A DNA stretch of 62,002 nucleotides, the filler included, from Sandaracinaceae bacterium (GTDB taxonomy: Bacteria; Myxococcota_A; Polyangia; Polyangiales; JADJQN01): NCBI GenBank assembly GCA_947483975.1. It is 6 parts of 6 records of this genome, joined end to end, with 100 filler letters (N's around TTAATTAATTAA, not from the genome) between each part and the next. Parts side by side here need not be neighbours in the genome. Positions count along the whole stretch, not along the records: positions 1 to 10,431 come from CANKOL010000173.1; positions 10,532 to 20,826 come from CANKOL010000175.1; 4 more parts are not named here. One strand, 5' to 3'. Position 1 is the first letter of the stretch. The number at the start of each line of letters is the position of its first letter. Below, one piece after another: positions 10,279 through 18,271 of the stretch. Both the position numbers and the translations under genes were made by a program. The notes beneath the pieces were generated by a model. It searched no databases. It was not told the DNA's origin and saw nothing but the letters and a program-made list of their open reading frames with translations.

Positions 10279-10431
10279 CGAAAGAGGGGGAAGCCGTTGA
10301 CGGACTCGCCGCGCAGCCCGACCGCGTGGAGCCGGGCGATCTCGGCGGGCGTGAGCGCGTGCGCGTAGACGGCGACCTCGTCGAGGCCGCCGACGAACGA
10401 GCGCTCGGGCGACGGATCGGCGGCCGGCGCG
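10263..10431 (-). CDS. C-terminal fragment of a LamG-like jellyroll domain protein, truncated by the linker
   Basis: Manual translation SFVGGLDEVAVYAHALTPAEIARLH matches the LamG_3 C-terminal pattern. Confidence 0.65.
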
Positions 10432-10531
10432 NNNNNNNNNNNNNNNNNNNNNNNNNNNNNNNNNNNNNNNNNNNNTTAATTAATTAANNNNNNNNNNNNN
10501 NNNNNNNNNNNNNNNNNNNNNNNNNNNNNNN
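10432..10531. other. Artificial contig linker
   Basis: N44-TTAATTAATTAA-N44, with stops in all six frames. Confidence 0.98.
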
Positions 10532-11550
10532 ACGCTCGGCGCCGCGCTCGGGGTCGGCGCGATGTACGTCTGCGCGAGCGCGTCCACCTCCGTGCCGTGC
10601 GCGTCTCCGCCGGGGCGCGCCGCTCGCTCGCGCCTGACGAGCTCTCCGAGGATGCGCCGCGCGGTCGGCGGAGGCGCGACCTCGACGAGCGCGTCGAGCA
10701 CCGCCGTGGCGCTCTGCGGGCGCTGCGCCGGGTCAGCTGAGATCAGCCGCTCGACGAGGTCGACGAGCACGGCGGGCGCGCTCGGGCAGCGCTCGCGGAG
10801 CGGCACGTGCGCCCCCTGCTCGAGGTTGCTCAGCGTGTCGAACTCGTTCGCGCCGTCGAACGGCCGCACGCCCGCGAGGCACTCGTAGAGCAGCACGCCG
10901 AGCGCGAAGAGGTCGATGCGCCGGTCGACGACGCCGCGCAGCGCGTACTCCGGCGCCATGTACGGCACCTTGCCCTTGACGGTGCGCGTCGCGGTCGCGT
11001 CGTGGTTGCTCATCGCGCGCGCGATGCCGAAGTCCGAGAGCTTCACCTCGCCCGCGGTGCTCAAGAGCACGTTCGACGGCGAGATGTCCCGATGCACGAT
11101 CGCCTCGGCGCCGCCGTGCGCGACCTCGAGCGCGACAGCGAGCTCCTGCGCGACGAACGCGACGAGCCCCGAGGTCAGGCCCTGCGCCGCTCCGCCCTGC
11201 GCCGCTCCGCCCAGCGCCGCTGCGCGTGCTTTCTCGGCGCGCACCAGCGCGCGCAGATCGCAGCCGTGCACGAGCTCGAGCGCGAGGTAGTGCGAGCCCT
11301 CCGCGACCCCGAAGTCGATCACCTGCACGATGTTCGCGTGCCGCAGCCGCGCCGCGACGCGCGCCTCCTCGAGGAAGAGCCGCACGAACTCCGCGTCCTG
11401 CTCGAGCGACGGCAGGATGCGCTTGATGCACACGCGCTGCTCGAAGCCGCCGGGCCCGAGGCGCACCGCCTCGAACGTCTCGGCCATACCGCCCATCCCG
11501 AGCCGCCGCTCGAGCTGATACGGACCGAAGCTGCGGGCGGCCGCCGACAT
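10532..11550 (-). CDS. Hanks-type Ser/Thr protein kinase, 3' truncated
   Basis: LGMGGMA, CIKRI, HRDISPSN, DFG, GKVPYMAPE, DLFALG; probable start at MSAAARSFGPY. Confidence 0.92.
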
Positions 11551-11710
11551 GGGGCGCGACGGTATCACCCCGCCGCCGACTTGCGGAACCCCCCGCCGTC
11601 GTCCGGTCGTCCGCGAGGCTCCGCGGGTTGCGCGGCGCGCCCGCGTCGTGTTCCAGTCGTCCTTTCTTCTCGTCGCTCCTTCTCGATCTTCCTTCTCGCT
11701 GAGGCTCACG

Positions 11711-12274
11711 ATGAATCGCAGCGCATCCAAAGTGTTCTCGTGTGCGTTGGTGTTGGGTCTGCTCGCTGCGTGCGGCGGTCATGAGGTGACGGTGCCCCCC
11801 GCCGTGGACGCAGGGCCCCGCTGCGCCCCCCGCGTCAGCGGCGACACGCGCTGGGCGCAGTACGCGATGCCCGGCACGGCTGGGCACCCTCGACGCTACG
11901 AAATCGCAGGCACGAGGAGCGAGGAGACCGTGATCGACTGCGTCACCGGGCTCGAGTGGCAGCGCTCCGTGGAGCACTTCGGGCACTCGGAGCAGGCGTT
12001 CGCCGTCGAGTTGTGCGGAGTGCTGACGTACGCGGGCTACACGGACTGGCGACTGCCGTCGCGGATCGAGCTGGTGACCCTGGTGGACTATTCGGTGGCA
12101 GCCCCGGGTCCGACCATCGACGTGACTGCGTTTCCGGGGACGCTGGGAGTGGCGTTCTGGGCCGCATCCCCGGGTGCCATCTTGCCGCACACCGGATCGG
12201 CCATCAGCTTTCGCGACGGCAGCGGGGGCAACTACGGCACGACGACCAGCCTCCCGTGGCGTTGGGTGCGCTAG
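11711..12274 (+). CDS. DUF1566 (Lcl C-terminal) domain lipoprotein
   Basis: LAAC lipobox; TVIDCVTGLEWQR, YAGYTDWRLPSRIELVTLVD, FW, and a terminal WRWVR. Confidence 0.85.
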   Translation: MNRSASKVFSCALVLGLLAACGGHEVTVPPAVDAGPRCAPRVSGDTRWAQYAMPGTAGHPRRYEIAGTRSEETVIDCVTGLEWQRSVEHFGHSEQAFAVELCGVLTYAGYTDWRLPSRIELVTLVDYSVAAPGPTIDVTAFPGTLGVAFWAASPGAILPHTGSAISFRDGSGGNYGTTTSLPWRWVR

Positions 12275-12338
12275 GGACCGACTGGCTTGCTCGGTCCTTC
12301 GACCCCTCGATGAGCGCGTCCCACACGGAGCCTGAGAA

Positions 12339-12797
12339 ATGAAGAAGCTGATCGTGGCGCTGGCGGTCGTCGTGGTGGCCTGCGCGGCATTGGGGACACT
12401 CGCCGTGAGCGCTCGCGCGGCCGCGCCCATAGGGCACTTCACCGACCTCGGAGACGGCACCGTGCGCGACAACCTGACGACGCTGGTCTGGCAGCAGGGC
12501 ACCTCACCCTGGCCCGTTTACGAAGCAGAACCGGCGGCCTACTGCGCGACGCTGGCTGTCCCGAGCGGCGGCTGGCGCCTGCCGACGGTGGCCGAGCTGC
12601 AGACGCTGCTCGACGAGACCGTCTCCCGGCCGTCGATCGACACGACGTACTTCCCGGGCACGCCGCTGGAGTACTTCTGGACCGCGTCCTCCGTGGCCGG
12701 TTACCCCGCCGCGACGTGGAGCGTCTCTTTCCACGATGGCAGCGTGTACCCCGGGGGCGCCCCGATGGTCCGCAATCGCGTGCGTTGCGTGCGCTGA
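12339..12797 (+). CDS. Secreted DUF1566 (Lcl C-terminal) domain protein
   Basis: Signal peptide; GDGTVRDNLTTLVWQ, GWRLPTVAEL, YFWT, WSVSF, RVRCVR. Confidence 0.9.
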   Translation: MKKLIVALAVVVVACAALGTLAVSARAAAPIGHFTDLGDGTVRDNLTTLVWQQGTSPWPVYEAEPAAYCATLAVPSGGWRLPTVAELQTLLDETVSRPSIDTTYFPGTPLEYFWTASSVAGYPAATWSVSFHDGSVYPGGAPMVRNRVRCVR

Positions 12798-12809
12798 TGC
12801 AGAAGGCGC

Positions 12810-13643
12810 TCAGTGAGCGGAGCAGCAGTAGCCGCGCACGCCCAGGGACGCGACCCAGCCCCTCCCGAAGAAGCTTCCGTGGTGGAACTCCATGCCGCCG
12901 ATCTCGAAGCCGCCGAAGAGGTCCGCGGCTGGGTCACCCGACGCACCTGTGAACGCGTAGCCGAGCTCGCCGCCGAGCGGTACGACGAGCGAAAAGCGAG
13001 CCCCAGGCTGGCTCAGCATGAAGTGCACGTTGGAGGAGACTCCAACCCAGAACGCGTTCGTGGGGTTCACGAGGAAGGCGACGGGGATCGACATCGCGAC
13101 TGGCGTGCTTCGCGGCTCCACGCGCACGTCGACAAACGCGCCAGTGCGCAGCGCCAACGCGCGAGTGAGCTTCCAGTCCACGGGCACGCCGACCTGCATG
13201 CGGAAGCTGTCGCGAAGCGGCAGCCAGACCTCGGCGCGCACGCCGACCTCGAGCGGCCCGTGTACGAAGCGGAACGTGCCGTAGAACGCCGGCTCTTCGA
13301 AGCGCGTCCGAGGCCACGCCTCGAGCTCGAGCCAGAGCGAGATCAACTCGGTGCCGACCTCGAGGTCCTCGGTGATCCCATAGGCCATGCCCCCGACGAT
13401 CGGGATGAGCGCGTTGCCACACGACCCAGCGTCACCCGTGACCACGCAGAACGCGCCCAGGCCCACGGACATGTCGAAGCGCAGGAGGCCTCGCGCGAGT
13501 GTCAGCGGTCGTCGCGCGAGCGCGAGCGGATAGTTCGCCGAGCGCGCTGCGGACACCTCTGCGCCGACCGGCGCGTCCTGCGCGGCGGCGAGTGATGGGC
13601 GCCAAAGAACAAAGATAGAAAGAATGAAGAGAAGACGACCCAT
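12810..13643 (-). CDS. Putative outer-membrane beta-barrel protein
   Basis: Signal peptide from MGRLLFIL, YPLALARRPLTL, and alternating amphipathic strands. Confidence 0.5.
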   Translation of the reverse strand: MGRLLFILSIFVLWRPSLAAAQDAPVGAEVSAARSANYPLALARRPLTLARGLLRFDMSVGLGAFCVVTGDAGSCGNALIPIVGGMAYGITEDLEVGTELISLWLELEAWPRTRFEEPAFYGTFRFVHGPLEVGVRAEVWLPLRDSFRMQVGVPVDWKLTRALALRTGAFVDVRVEPRSTPVAMSIPVAFLVNPTNAFWVGVSSNVHFMLSQPGARFSLVVPLGGELGYAFTGASGDPAADLFGGFEIGGMEFHHGSFFGRGWVASLGVRGYCCSAH

Positions 13644-13950
13644 GTCAGAACGGTAGCAGTCCGTGCCGCCCTCTGTGCCAGAGAGGCTGTCGCCTCTCCT
13701 GAGCGCGTAGTGGACGCGAGGCGAAAGCCGCGCCGCGACCGTGACCATCAGCACGGCGATCTTCGCGACCACGGTCGTCGGTATGCTCCTCGCGCACGGC
13801 TATCCCGACGCGCCCGTCGAAGCCCGCGCGCTCCGGCCGTCGCGCGAGCAGAGCTGGGGCGCTGCGCGAGGCTGCGAGGTCGCGGTGCTCCATGCGGGCG
13901 AGTCCCTCGGCCTGGCTCAGCTCGGCGCCCGCGACCTCCAGGTCGCTGCT

Positions 13951-14173
13951 CCAAAGCTGAGCTTGGCCCGGGGGATTTCAGAACGTGTCCGCCTAAGCTG
14001 AGCTTGGCCCCGACGATTTCAGAATCTCCACTGCCTAAGCTGAGCTTGGCCCGGGGGATTTCAGAACGTGTCCGCCCAAGCTGAGCTTGGCCCGGGGGAT
14101 TTCAGAACGTGTCCGCCTAAGCTGAGCTTGGCCCCGGGGGATTTCAGAACGTGTCCGCCTAAGCTGAGCTTGG
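13951..14173. repeat. Tandem array of 41-42-nt units with a palindromic core (REP-like)
   Basis: Five full units plus one partial of cc(t/c/a)aagctgagcttggcccgggggatttcagaacgtgtccg; core AAGCT-G-AGCTT. Confidence 0.92.
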
Positions 14174-14504
14174 AGGCGACGATGATGTCGATGTCGCGTT
14201 CGGCCCAGCGCAGCGACAAGCGCGTGCCCATGCCCGCTCTCAGCCGCGCGGCGCGCTCCCCCTCATTGCCTCAAGCAGCGGAGGGCGGGTGACGAGCGGA
14301 GTACCCGTGCGCTCGATGAGCGACACCCGCTCAGCGCGCCCGAACAACGCTCCGCAGCGCCTCGCGAATGGATGCGCCACGGGTGGCGAGCACGTCACCC
14401 GACCAACGCGGTCACTCAGGGAGTCGCGCAGCGTCACACCGACTCACGCCATGCGACGGAAGCAACACCGGGCCCAGCCCCACGGCCAGGCCTTCGTGCT
14501 CGAG

Positions 14505-14560
14505 GTGTGCCCCGAGGGCGCCCCGATGGTCCGCAATCGCGTGCGTTGCGCGCGCTGATG
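14505..14560 (+). repeat. Orphan direct copy of the DUF1566 gene 3' end (12744-12799)
   Basis: 53/56 nt identical, including the stop codon. Confidence 0.92.
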
Positions 14561-14744
14561 TGCCGGTTTCCTCGCTCAATCTTGGTGGCCCTTCCCGCCG
14601 GGTAGCCCAACACGCGTCTCATGGCGTTCGAGAATACGGCGTTTCCCCAGTCATCAGCTTCACGCTGGTGGGGCTCGACGCGGACGGTCGACGCGGCCGG
14701 AGCGCGTGGTTGCGTAGGTGTACGGTTGTGCATACGATCGCCCG

Positions 14745-15014
14745 GTGACGTTCGAGTGGGATTCACCGAAGGCTTCCAGCAACCGCCGCAAGCACCGCGT
14801 CGACTTCGCAGACGCCGTGGGGGTATTCGAGGATCCGCGCGCGCTCACGATCGATGACGAGCATCCCGCCGAAGCGCGCTTCGTCACCATCGGTCTCGAT
14901 TCGCTCGCGCGCGTCCTCGTGGTGTGCTGGACAGGTCGGTCATCGTCGATTCGGCTGATCTCTGCGCGGAAGGCGACGCCCGCTGAGCGCGCGCAGTACC
15001 TGGACGAGGGGTGA
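14745..15014 (+). CDS. brnT: BrnT family toxin
   Basis: FEWDSPKASSNRRKHRVDF, EARFVTIG, IRLISARKAT. Confidence 0.92.
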   Translation: MTFEWDSPKASSNRRKHRVDFADAVGVFEDPRALTIDDEHPAEARFVTIGLDSLARVLVVCWTGRSSSIRLISARKATPAERAQYLDEG

Positions 15015-15295
15015 ATATGCGAAAGCAATACGACTTCAGCGATGCAAAGCGCGGTCCCGTCATCAAGGTGCCCCGTGGCAAGACGCGCATCACGATCCGA
15101 CTCGACGACGACGTCCTCGGCTGGTTTCGCGCGCAGGTAGACGCGGCCGGGGGCGGAAGCTACCAGTCGCTCATCAACGACGCGCTCAAGTCCTTCATCG
15201 AGGGCCAACGCGAGCCGCTCGAGAAGATCGTGCGACGCATCGTTCGTGAGGAGCTGCGGCAGGGCCGCGAGCCGAAGCGCAAGACGGCGGCTTGA
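15011..15295 (+). CDS. brnA: BrnA family antitoxin
   Basis: YDFSDAKRG, KTRITIRLDDDVLGWF, YQSLINDAL; GTGA overlap with the toxin. Confidence 0.92.
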   Translation: MNMRKQYDFSDAKRGPVIKVPRGKTRITIRLDDDVLGWFRAQVDAAGGGSYQSLINDALKSFIEGQREPLEKIVRRIVREELRQGREPKRKTAA

Positions 15296-15406
15296 GCGCG
15301 CGGGCGCCCGAACGATGCTCGGGCCCGCTCTCTTGGGTAGCGCTCACGTCGCAGCGCTGAGCGCCGGCGTTGGTCGTCGCCGCCCTATGGAGTATCCTCC
15401 ACACCC

Positions 15407-15649
15407 ATGCCTGCGATGAAGACCATCCAGATCGTGATCGACGGCCCCACGCTCGCGGCCGCCGACCGCGCCGCGCTGCGCTCCCACGTCAACCGCTCGC
15501 AGCTCGTGCGCGATGCCGTGCGTCAGTACCTCGCGACGACCGCGGTGCGTGACGCCGAGGCCGCCGACCGAGCGGGGTATGAGCGAGTTCCGGCGACAGA
15601 CGCCGCGCTCGACGCGTGGGACGAGGTGCAGTCGTGGCCCGCGGATTGA
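15407..15649 (+). CDS. Ribbon-helix-helix (CopG-type) antitoxin
   Basis: MKTIQIVID...NRSQLVRDAVRQYL; directly upstream of the PemK toxin. Confidence 0.8.
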   Translation: MPAMKTIQIVIDGPTLAAADRAALRSHVNRSQLVRDAVRQYLATTAVRDAEAADRAGYERVPATDAALDAWDEVQSWPAD

Positions 15650-15963
15650 CCCGTGGCGACGTCCGACTCGTCAAGCTGGGCGCTCCGGACAAGATGCGCC
15701 CGGCCGTCGTGCTCACGCGCGCGTCCGCGCTCGCGTACCTCGATCGGATCACGATCGCGCCCGTCACGACGACCATCCGGGACGTCCCCAGCGAGGTCCT
15801 GCTCGGGCCGGACGACGGAATGAAGACGCCTTGCGTCGTGAACCTGCATCACGTGATGACCGTCCCGCGCAAGGCGCTCGGTCGCTGGGTCGCGACGCTC
15901 ACGCCCGAGCGCACCGACGACGTCTGCCGCGCGCTCGCGTTCGCGCTCGGCTGTGACGACTGA
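15646..15963 (+). CDS. mazF: PemK/MazF family toxin
   Basis: RGDVRLV, KMRPAVVLTR, ITIAPVTTTIR, VNLHHVMTV; TTGA overlap with the antitoxin. Confidence 0.88.
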   Translation: MTRGDVRLVKLGAPDKMRPAVVLTRASALAYLDRITIAPVTTTIRDVPSEVLLGPDDGMKTPCVVNLHHVMTVPRKALGRWVATLTPERTDDVCRALAFALGCDD

Positions 15964-15985
15964 CGGCGCGCTCGGCGCGTCGCGC

Positions 15986-18253
15986 TCAGCCCGCGATCAG
16001 CGCGCGCAGCGCTACACGATCCGGCGCGAGCAGGCGCTCGATGCCGGCGGCGTTGACGTCGGCGACGATGATCTCGCCGACCTCCTCGCGCACGTTCGTG
16101 AAGATGCCGCGCGCCTTCATGCCCTCGGTCTGGCGCTGGTTGTCCTCGCTCGGCGTGACGAAGTGCACCGAGTTCCCCTTGTAGCGGTGGATGAGGAACA
16201 GATGCCCGAGCGTCATCAGGCGCTTCTTGCGGAGCTCCGTCGCGAAGGTGTTCTGGTCACGCACCGAGAGGATCACCTTGCCGAAGCGGTCCTGGACGTC
16301 CGCGAAGACGATGTTCGCGAGCTTCTCGCCCTGCGGCGAGAGGATCGCTAGCTCGAGCAGGTGCGAGCCGACCGAGTGCGGCTTCAGCGAGACCTTGAGC
16401 TTGTCCGGGTGCGCGAAGCGCTCGCGCCAGATGTCGAGCCACTCCTCGAGCAGCTTGGGCGGCACCTCCGTCTGCACGAGATGCTGGAACTGCGTCGAGC
16501 CGTGCCCCATCGCCTTCGTGCTCGAGGTGCGCCCGGAGAGCGCCATCAGCCCCGCGTCCGCGCGCGGTCCGCCGACGAGCGTCTGCGGCGTGCGATAGGG
16601 CGACTCGAGCAGGCGGAACTTCCGCTGCAGGCGCGCGAGCGCGAGCATGCCGTCCTGCTTCAGCGACGCGGAGAATTCCTCGCTCGCGTGCCCGTCGATC
16701 TGGTGCCCGCCGTAGGTGATGAAGTCGAACACGAAGCCCATCTGCCCGAGCGCGATGGGGAACGCGCGCATCTGCTCGTCGTCCATGCCCGTCGTGTCCC
16801 AGTTGAACGACGGGGACAGGTTGTAGGCGAGCATCTTGTCGGGGAACTTCGCGTGGATCGCGGCGGCGAACTTCTTCGCCTCGTGCAGGTCCGCCGTCTT
16901 CGTCTCCATCCAGAGGATGTCGGCGAACGGCGCCGCCGCGAGCGACTTCGCGATGGCGTAGTCGATGCCGCCGCGCACCTGGTAGTAGCCGTCCGGCGTC
17001 TTGGCGTGCTCGCAGTCCCAGAGGACGTCGACGCCCATCGCGCGCGCCTTTTCGCGCGAGGCGTAGAAGCCCGCGGTGCTCGCGAACTCGCGCCACTGCT
17101 CGTTCGTCATCGCGAGCTGCAGGCCCTCGTTCGTGCGGAACGCCATGCGCTCGGCGACCGCCTCGGCGTAGGTCTCGATGCCCGCCTCGTCCTGCCAGAC
17201 GTCCACGAGCTTGTCGAAGACCCTGTCGAAGGCCCCGTCCACGCTCTGCGGCTTGCCGCCCGGCTGCGCGCTCGCGAGGTAGCCCGCGGCGGTCACGGCG
17301 AGCGCGTCGGCGAGGCCGTTCTTCGCGAGCCAGACGTCGGCCGCGGCGTACTCCTCGTCGCACATCGCGAAGAGCTGATAGCCGCTCAGCTCCTCGAGCC
17401 CCGCGCGGTGGAACTGCCGCAGCATCGCGAGGAACGCCGCCTTGAACGTCGGCAGGTTCGTGTTGGTCGCGCCGAGGATGAACGGCTGATCGCGCTCGTC
17501 GCTGCGCCCGTCGAGGAGCGTCGCGGACTCCGCGTCGGTGCGCGCCACCGTGATGCCGGCGACGCCCATGATGTCGAGCTGCAGGCGCGCCGCCGAGAGG
17601 CGCTTGATCTGCTCGTCCTGCGAGACGAGCACCTTGCCGCCCTGGTGCCCGCACTTCTTCACGCCGGGCTTCTGATCCTCGATGTGGTAGCCGGGCACGC
17701 CGACCTCGACGAAGCGCCGCACCAGGTTGCGCACGTGCGCGTCGCCGCCATGCCCGGTGTCGGCGTCCGCGATGATGAACGGGCGGTAGTCGACCTCGGG
17801 CGTCGCGTGGCGCTGCTCCTCGGTCATGCGCGAGCGCGCGAACGCCTGGTTCTTGTCGGCGGTGAGCAGCGCGCGGACGATCGGCGCCGCCTCGTCGGGC
17901 ACCTGGCTGAGCGGGTAGCTCGCGAGGTCGGGGCCGGGGTCCTCGTGGACGCTGCCCTTGGCGCTCGTCGCCCAGCCGCCGAGGTAGATGCCCTCGATGC
18001 CGGCGCGCTTCATCGCGACGGCTTGTCCCGGCGAGTACGGGCCGAACGTCGTGATGCACTTCTTCTGCGCGAACAGCTCCTCGAGGCGCGCGTAGAACGC
18101 CTCCGCGGCCTGTCGCGCGACGGTGTAGTCCGGGCGAATCGCGCCGCGCTGCTCAGCGACCTCGCGCGCCGTGTGAATGCGTCGGATCCCCTGGAATCGC
18201 GGGCTCGCGAACCACGCCTTCAGCTCTGCGATGTCTTGCTCGAAGCGGTCCAT
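15986..18253 (-). CDS. aceA: Isocitrate lyase, long ICL2 type
   Basis: [15 protein letters not shown] catalytic motif, [19 protein letters not shown]; 755 aa with a C-terminal extension. Confidence 0.95.
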   Translation of the reverse strand: MDRFEQDIAELKAWFASPRFQGIRRIHTAREVAEQRGAIRPDYTVARQAAEAFYARLEELFAQKKCITTFGPYSPGQAVAMKRAGIEGIYLGGWATSAKGSVHEDPGPDLASYPLSQVPDEAAPIVRALLTADKNQAFARSRMTEEQRHATPEVDYRPFIIADADTGHGGDAHVRNLVRRFVEVGVPGYHIEDQKPGVKKCGHQGGKVLVSQDEQIKRLSAARLQLDIMGVAGITVARTDAESATLLDGRSDERDQPFILGATNTNLPTFKAAFLAMLRQFHRAGLEELSGYQLFAMCDEEYAAADVWLAKNGLADALAVTAAGYLASAQPGGKPQSVDGAFDRVFDKLVDVWQDEAGIETYAEAVAERMAFRTNEGLQLAMTNEQWREFASTAGFYASREKARAMGVDVLWDCEHAKTPDGYYQVRGGIDYAIAKSLAAAPFADILWMETKTADLHEAKKFAAAIHAKFPDKMLAYNLSPSFNWDTTGMDDEQMRAFPIALGQMGFVFDFITYGGHQIDGHASEEFSASLKQDGMLALARLQRKFRLLESPYRTPQTLVGGPRADAGLMALSGRTSSTKAMGHGSTQFQHLVQTEVPPKLLEEWLDIWRERFAHPDKLKVSLKPHSVGSHLLELAILSPQGEKLANIVFADVQDRFGKVILSVRDQNTFATELRKKRLMTLGHLFLIHRYKGNSVHFVTPSEDNQRQTEGMKARGIFTNVREEVGEIIVADVNAAGIERLLAPDRVALRALIAG

Positions 18254-18271
18254 GTCCAGTCCTCTTTCGTT

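Noticed and set aside
10476..10487. TTAATTAATTAA as a biological AT-rich palindrome
   Set aside because: It is identical in all five N-flanked linkers and is a synthetic six-frame stop spacer.
13710..14001. Intact small CDS upstream of the array
   Set aside because: The frame looks coding-like but has no convincing start and runs into the repeat; probably a gene remnant that cannot be assigned.
13951..14173. CRISPR array
   Set aside because: The linkers between palindromes are near-identical rather than unique spacers, the period is only 41-42 nt, and no cas genes are visible.
14505..14560. DGR template repeat
   Set aside because: Only 56 nt, not AAC-rich, only one of three mismatches is at an adenine of the copy, and no RT is nearby.
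14605..14715. Complete attC site (gcccAAC...GTTgcgt)
   Set aside because: The outer arms pair loosely, but the L boxes are not complementary and R' deviates from GTTRRRY.
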